This document shows, in pieces, positions 61,360-64,000 of a stretch of 64,000 nucleotides of DNA; the stretch's first letter is position 1; each line of letters opens with the position of its first letter. A program made the translations under genes and the position numbers. The stretch lies in IMG/VR virus record IMGVR_UViG_3300027754_000044; one strand, written 5' to 3'. The notes under the pieces were generated by a model. That model saw only the letters and a list, made by a program, of their open reading frames with translations. It made no database searches and had not been told where the DNA came from. The DNA comes from a virus.

Positions 61360-62286
61360 TTAGTTGCTCAGAACATATTCTGCAAGTTTCATCCAGTTCT
61401 TAGCACCGCCAGCGCGAATCTTCGCAACTTTGATCAGGGTGCGCAGCGAGATTTCCGAAGCGATCTTCTTATTCGCATCGATCAGGGCCAGCGCATCTTT
61501 CTTGAACTGCTTCGAGACTTCCGGCATGAACGAATCCATCTCGATCAGGCTACCCATACGCTCAATCTTCTGCTCAAGGGTCATGCTCAGGTCAACGCAG
61601 AGACTACGGCTACGCAGAGCTTGATTCAGAGTAGCCAGCGTCAGATTGCTGATGAAGATCACACCACCGTTGAACTGGAACGAACGCGGAAGATCGTCGT
61701 CACCCTTGCTCTCACAGTTCCATGAGATGATGCGCTTGTCATAACTATCAAGGGCACCCTTCAGCAGGTTCACAGCAACGGGATCCTTCAGGACGCTGTC
61801 ACAGTCATCGAACACGAGGAACGAATTACGGTGCTCGAACAGGATACGATACAGGCCTTTCGCAGTGGAGAAACCCTTCACGATCGTGAACTGCTTGTCA
61901 TCGCGGTCCATGATTTCGTCTTCGTCTTCCATTTCCATCAGGTTAGACGCGTCTTCCATCCCGTTCGCTTGCAGAGTCTGGACGACTGTGTAGGTCTTTC
62001 CCAACCCACCCTCACCAGTGATGATCGCTGAAGCAGACGTCTTATTGGCCACCATCGTTACGAGGTCACCCACAAACTCGAATCGCTCGTTGATTCCGAA
62101 GCGGCTGTCGTTGGTGGCCCCCGCTACGAACTCCGTTCCCGCTGAGTGTTCGCGGCAGATACGCTCTACACGCTTTTTGCTCTTGGATTTCGTGATCAAT
62201 TTCCCGTCAATGAAACCAAGAAATTTACCGGTGGTCTTGCAGAAGTCAATCTTCATATTCGCTGTGCTCACTTTTTTATTTATCAT
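61360..62286 (-). CDS. P-loop/AAA ATPase
   Basis: ITGEGGLGKTYTV, VFDDCDSVL, NLLKGALDS, ALRSRS. Confidence 0.85.
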   Translation of the reverse strand: MINKKVSTANMKIDFCKTTGKFLGFIDGKLITKSKSKKRVERICREHSAGTEFVAGATNDSRFGINERFEFVGDLVTMVANKTSASAIITGEGGLGKTYTVVQTLQANGMEDASNLMEMEDEDEIMDRDDKQFTIVKGFSTAKGLYRILFEHRNSFLVFDDCDSVLKDPVAVNLLKGALDSYDKRIISWNCESKGDDDLPRSFQFNGGVIFISNLTLATLNQALRSRSLCVDLSMTLEQKIERMGSLIEMDSFMPEVSKQFKKDALALIDANKKIASEISLRTLIKVAKIRAGGAKNWMKLAEYVLSN

Positions 62287-62292
62287 GCAACC

Positions 62293-62400
62293 ATTATAGG
62301 CTAGATCCACCTAATTGGCAAGGCTTTTCTTGGCTTCTTTTAAAAGAAATTCTCCAATGTAATCAAGGGGTTGCGAATAGTCATATAAAACAAGGGGTTA
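62293..62400 (-). promoter_or_regulatory. Repeated early promoter with two IHF-like sites
   Basis: GCCTTGCCAATTAG...TATAAT; AATCAAGGGGTTG (62361-62373), AAACAAGGGGTTA (62388-62400). Confidence 0.78.
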
Positions 62401-62402
62401 AG

Positions 62403-62717
62403 CTAGTCAGCGCGCGAGCCAACGTAGGCCGGAACGCCCGCTTGCTTCAGGACGTCTGCGTAGGCCTGCGCACCGACTTCTTTGAGGGTCATACTCTGAC
62501 TCATCGTGCCGCTCGGATTCCACAGCTGCAGACCACCACCATAGGCCTTGGTGAAGCCGATACTCTTGAGCGCCCGACCCAGCTTGGTGCTGGCCTTCTC
62601 GGAAACCTGAACCCAGGCGAAGCCGCAGTAGTAATCCTCACCATGATTTCGCAGATGGGCGATTGTCGCATCCATCGACGCCATGGTGGCGCGGAAGTGC
62701 ATGTCTTGGATATTCAT
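62403..62717 (-). CDS. Conserved phage hypothetical protein
   Basis: CGFAWV...QSM..KE.GA.AYA.VL...G. Confidence 0.72.
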   Translation of the reverse strand: MNIQDMHFRATMASMDATIAHLRNHGEDYYCGFAWVQVSEKASTKLGRALKSIGFTKAYGGGLQLWNPSGTMSQSMTLKEVGAQAYADVLKQAGVPAYVGSRAD

Positions 62718-62718
62718 A

Positions 62719-63216
62719 TTAGGCTGCTTTCTTATTCATCGCTGCTGACAGCGCCGCGAGCGGGTTAACGATCACGATCGCTTTGCTCGGCTTCTTAGCG
62801 GCTTTCTTCGCATGGATGCCCACCGGATTCTTCAGAGCATCCAGTTTCGCTTGGATCGCATCGATACGCGCGGCCTTCTTCGCTGCACGTTCTGCTGCTT
62901 TCTCCGACCGCGCATTCAGACGTTCACTCGCTTTGAGCACACGCTCGGCGCGCTTTTGCAGGCGAGCAGCGATAATATCATCGCGGACCGCTTTGCGCGC
63001 AGCTTTGCGATCGATAACAGCCTGCTTGCGATACTGACGATCGTCAGCCTTGTCGGACTTGACGTTCGCGCGGAGCGTCTTCATCTCGTAACGAAGAGTC
63101 GCGACGTCCTTCTTCAGCTGCGACTGGGCACGCTTCGCGGTCGCTTTGATATCCTTCAGTTCCTGACGCTTGAACTCAAGGGCCTTTTGTGTTGCGGTTT
63201 TCGTAGTGTTTTTCAT
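62719..63216 (-). CDS. Highly basic Lys/Arg/Ala-rich protein
   Basis: Coiled-coil or histone-like composition; ends KKAA. Confidence 0.7.
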   Translation of the reverse strand: MKNTTKTATQKALEFKRQELKDIKATAKRAQSQLKKDVATLRYEMKTLRANVKSDKADDRQYRKQAVIDRKAARKAVRDDIIAARLQKRAERVLKASERLNARSEKAAERAAKKAARIDAIQAKLDALKNPVGIHAKKAAKKPSKAIVIVNPLAALSAAMNKKAA

Positions 63217-63245
63217 ATAGTTTCTTTCTCAGTTATTGAACAATA

Positions 63246-63277
63246 ATTATAGGGGGTTCGTGGCTAATTGTCAAGGC
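63246..63277 (-). promoter_or_regulatory. Repeated early promoter
   Basis: GCCTTGACAATTAGCC...TATAAT. Confidence 0.8.
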
Positions 63278-63538
63278 TTATTTTGAATACGCATCCGGAT
63301 CGAGGTTCTCGCGGAATTCTTGCATGAACCCCCATTTCGGGGTTGCACCCACCTCGCGACGCTCAATCACGAAGTCTTCGATCGAAGGATCATCCTCGGC
63401 GAGGTTTTCACTGCCGACGTCGCGGATGCCACGTGCCATACGTGCTGCAGCGCGAGCAGCTTCACGTGATTCGTAAACACCCAGACACTCCAATTGGTTA
63501 TCGATATCACCCAACAATACAAACAATTCCATTTTCAT
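63278..63538 (-). CDS. Hypothetical protein
   Basis: LFVL...LGVYES.E.A. Confidence 0.6.
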   Translation of the reverse strand: MKMELFVLLGDIDNQLECLGVYESREAARAAARMARGIRDVGSENLAEDDPSIEDFVIERREVGATPKWGFMQEFRENLDPDAYSK

Positions 63539-63543
63539 TTCCT

Positions 63544-63855
63544 TTAGATCGTTGCGCCGTTAAAACAGTCGGGGAGATGGCGGAGATTCTTAACTCCAAC
63601 AACCGCGAGAGTGCCAGTGGGCAGGAGCACTACTGCGTCGATGCCGCCGGGGCGCCGGGCGCCGAAGTCATCGACGCCGGCGGGGACTACGAGCAATTCG
63701 TGGATCCGGCACAACCTAGTGGTCGTGGAGGAGTTACCGCGTCCATCATCCCAGATGTCATGGAATGCGAGCTGACCCGGGATGAACGGTTTAACAAGGG
63801 TAAGCACTTTCTTCGTCTTTTTCATCTTCTTCACATTTCTCTTTTTATTTATCAT
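63544..63855 (-). CDS. Early hypothetical protein
   Basis: Behind an early promoter. Confidence 0.55.
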   Translation of the reverse strand: MINKKRNVKKMKKTKKVLTLVKPFIPGQLAFHDIWDDGRGNSSTTTRLCRIHELLVVPAGVDDFGARRPGGIDAVVLLPTGTLAVVGVKNLRHLPDCFNGATI

Positions 63856-63861
63856 ACAGCT

Positions 63862-63893
63862 ATTATATCGCAGCTTCGGCTAATTGTCAAGGC
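63862..63893 (-). promoter_or_regulatory. Repeated early promoter
   Basis: GCCTTGACAATTAGCC...TATAAT. Confidence 0.8.
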
Positions 63894-64000
63894 TTATTTT
63901 GGCTTATTATGATGAGCGATAAGTCTTTGAGTTTCTTTGAGAGCCAGTGCTTCCTCGAACTTGTCACGCGCAACAGCAGCAGACCGCGGTCCACCGCAAA

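Overview
A 64-kb piece of a T4-like (Tevenvirinae/Kyanoviridae-type) myovirus genome. 1-40.7 kb is the morphogenesis block: terminase gp17/gp16, neck gp15/14/13, an inserted cluster of oxygenases and three PP-loop ATPases next to a very Gly-rich fibre-like gene, a split VrlC/DUF4815-like structural gene, baseplate gp8/7/6/25/PAAR/5/hub/53/48, gp4, gp2, gp54, gp26/gp51, and three related tape-measure-like genes, two carrying muralytic domains. 40.7-51.5 kb holds gp32, gp59, gp33 and an accessory operon (TauD, Bug/TctC, ATP-grasp, SleB hydrolase, SpeD, Rieske oxygenase, PhoH, dNMP kinase) containing a circularly permuted two-piece tmRNA (tag ANDAFYNEELRLAA). 51.5-64 kb is an early region of small modular ORFs behind a repeated sigma70 promoter (GCCTTGACAATTAG-...-TATAAT) with IHF-consensus sites. 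Six of these promoters (five here, plus the gp33 one) put an in-frame ATG at the expected +1, suggesting leaderless mRNAs. A tRNA-Ile2(CAU) is also present. The host is probably an Alpha- or Betaproteobacterium (inference). All gene calls come from motif recognition and gene order; no database searches were run.
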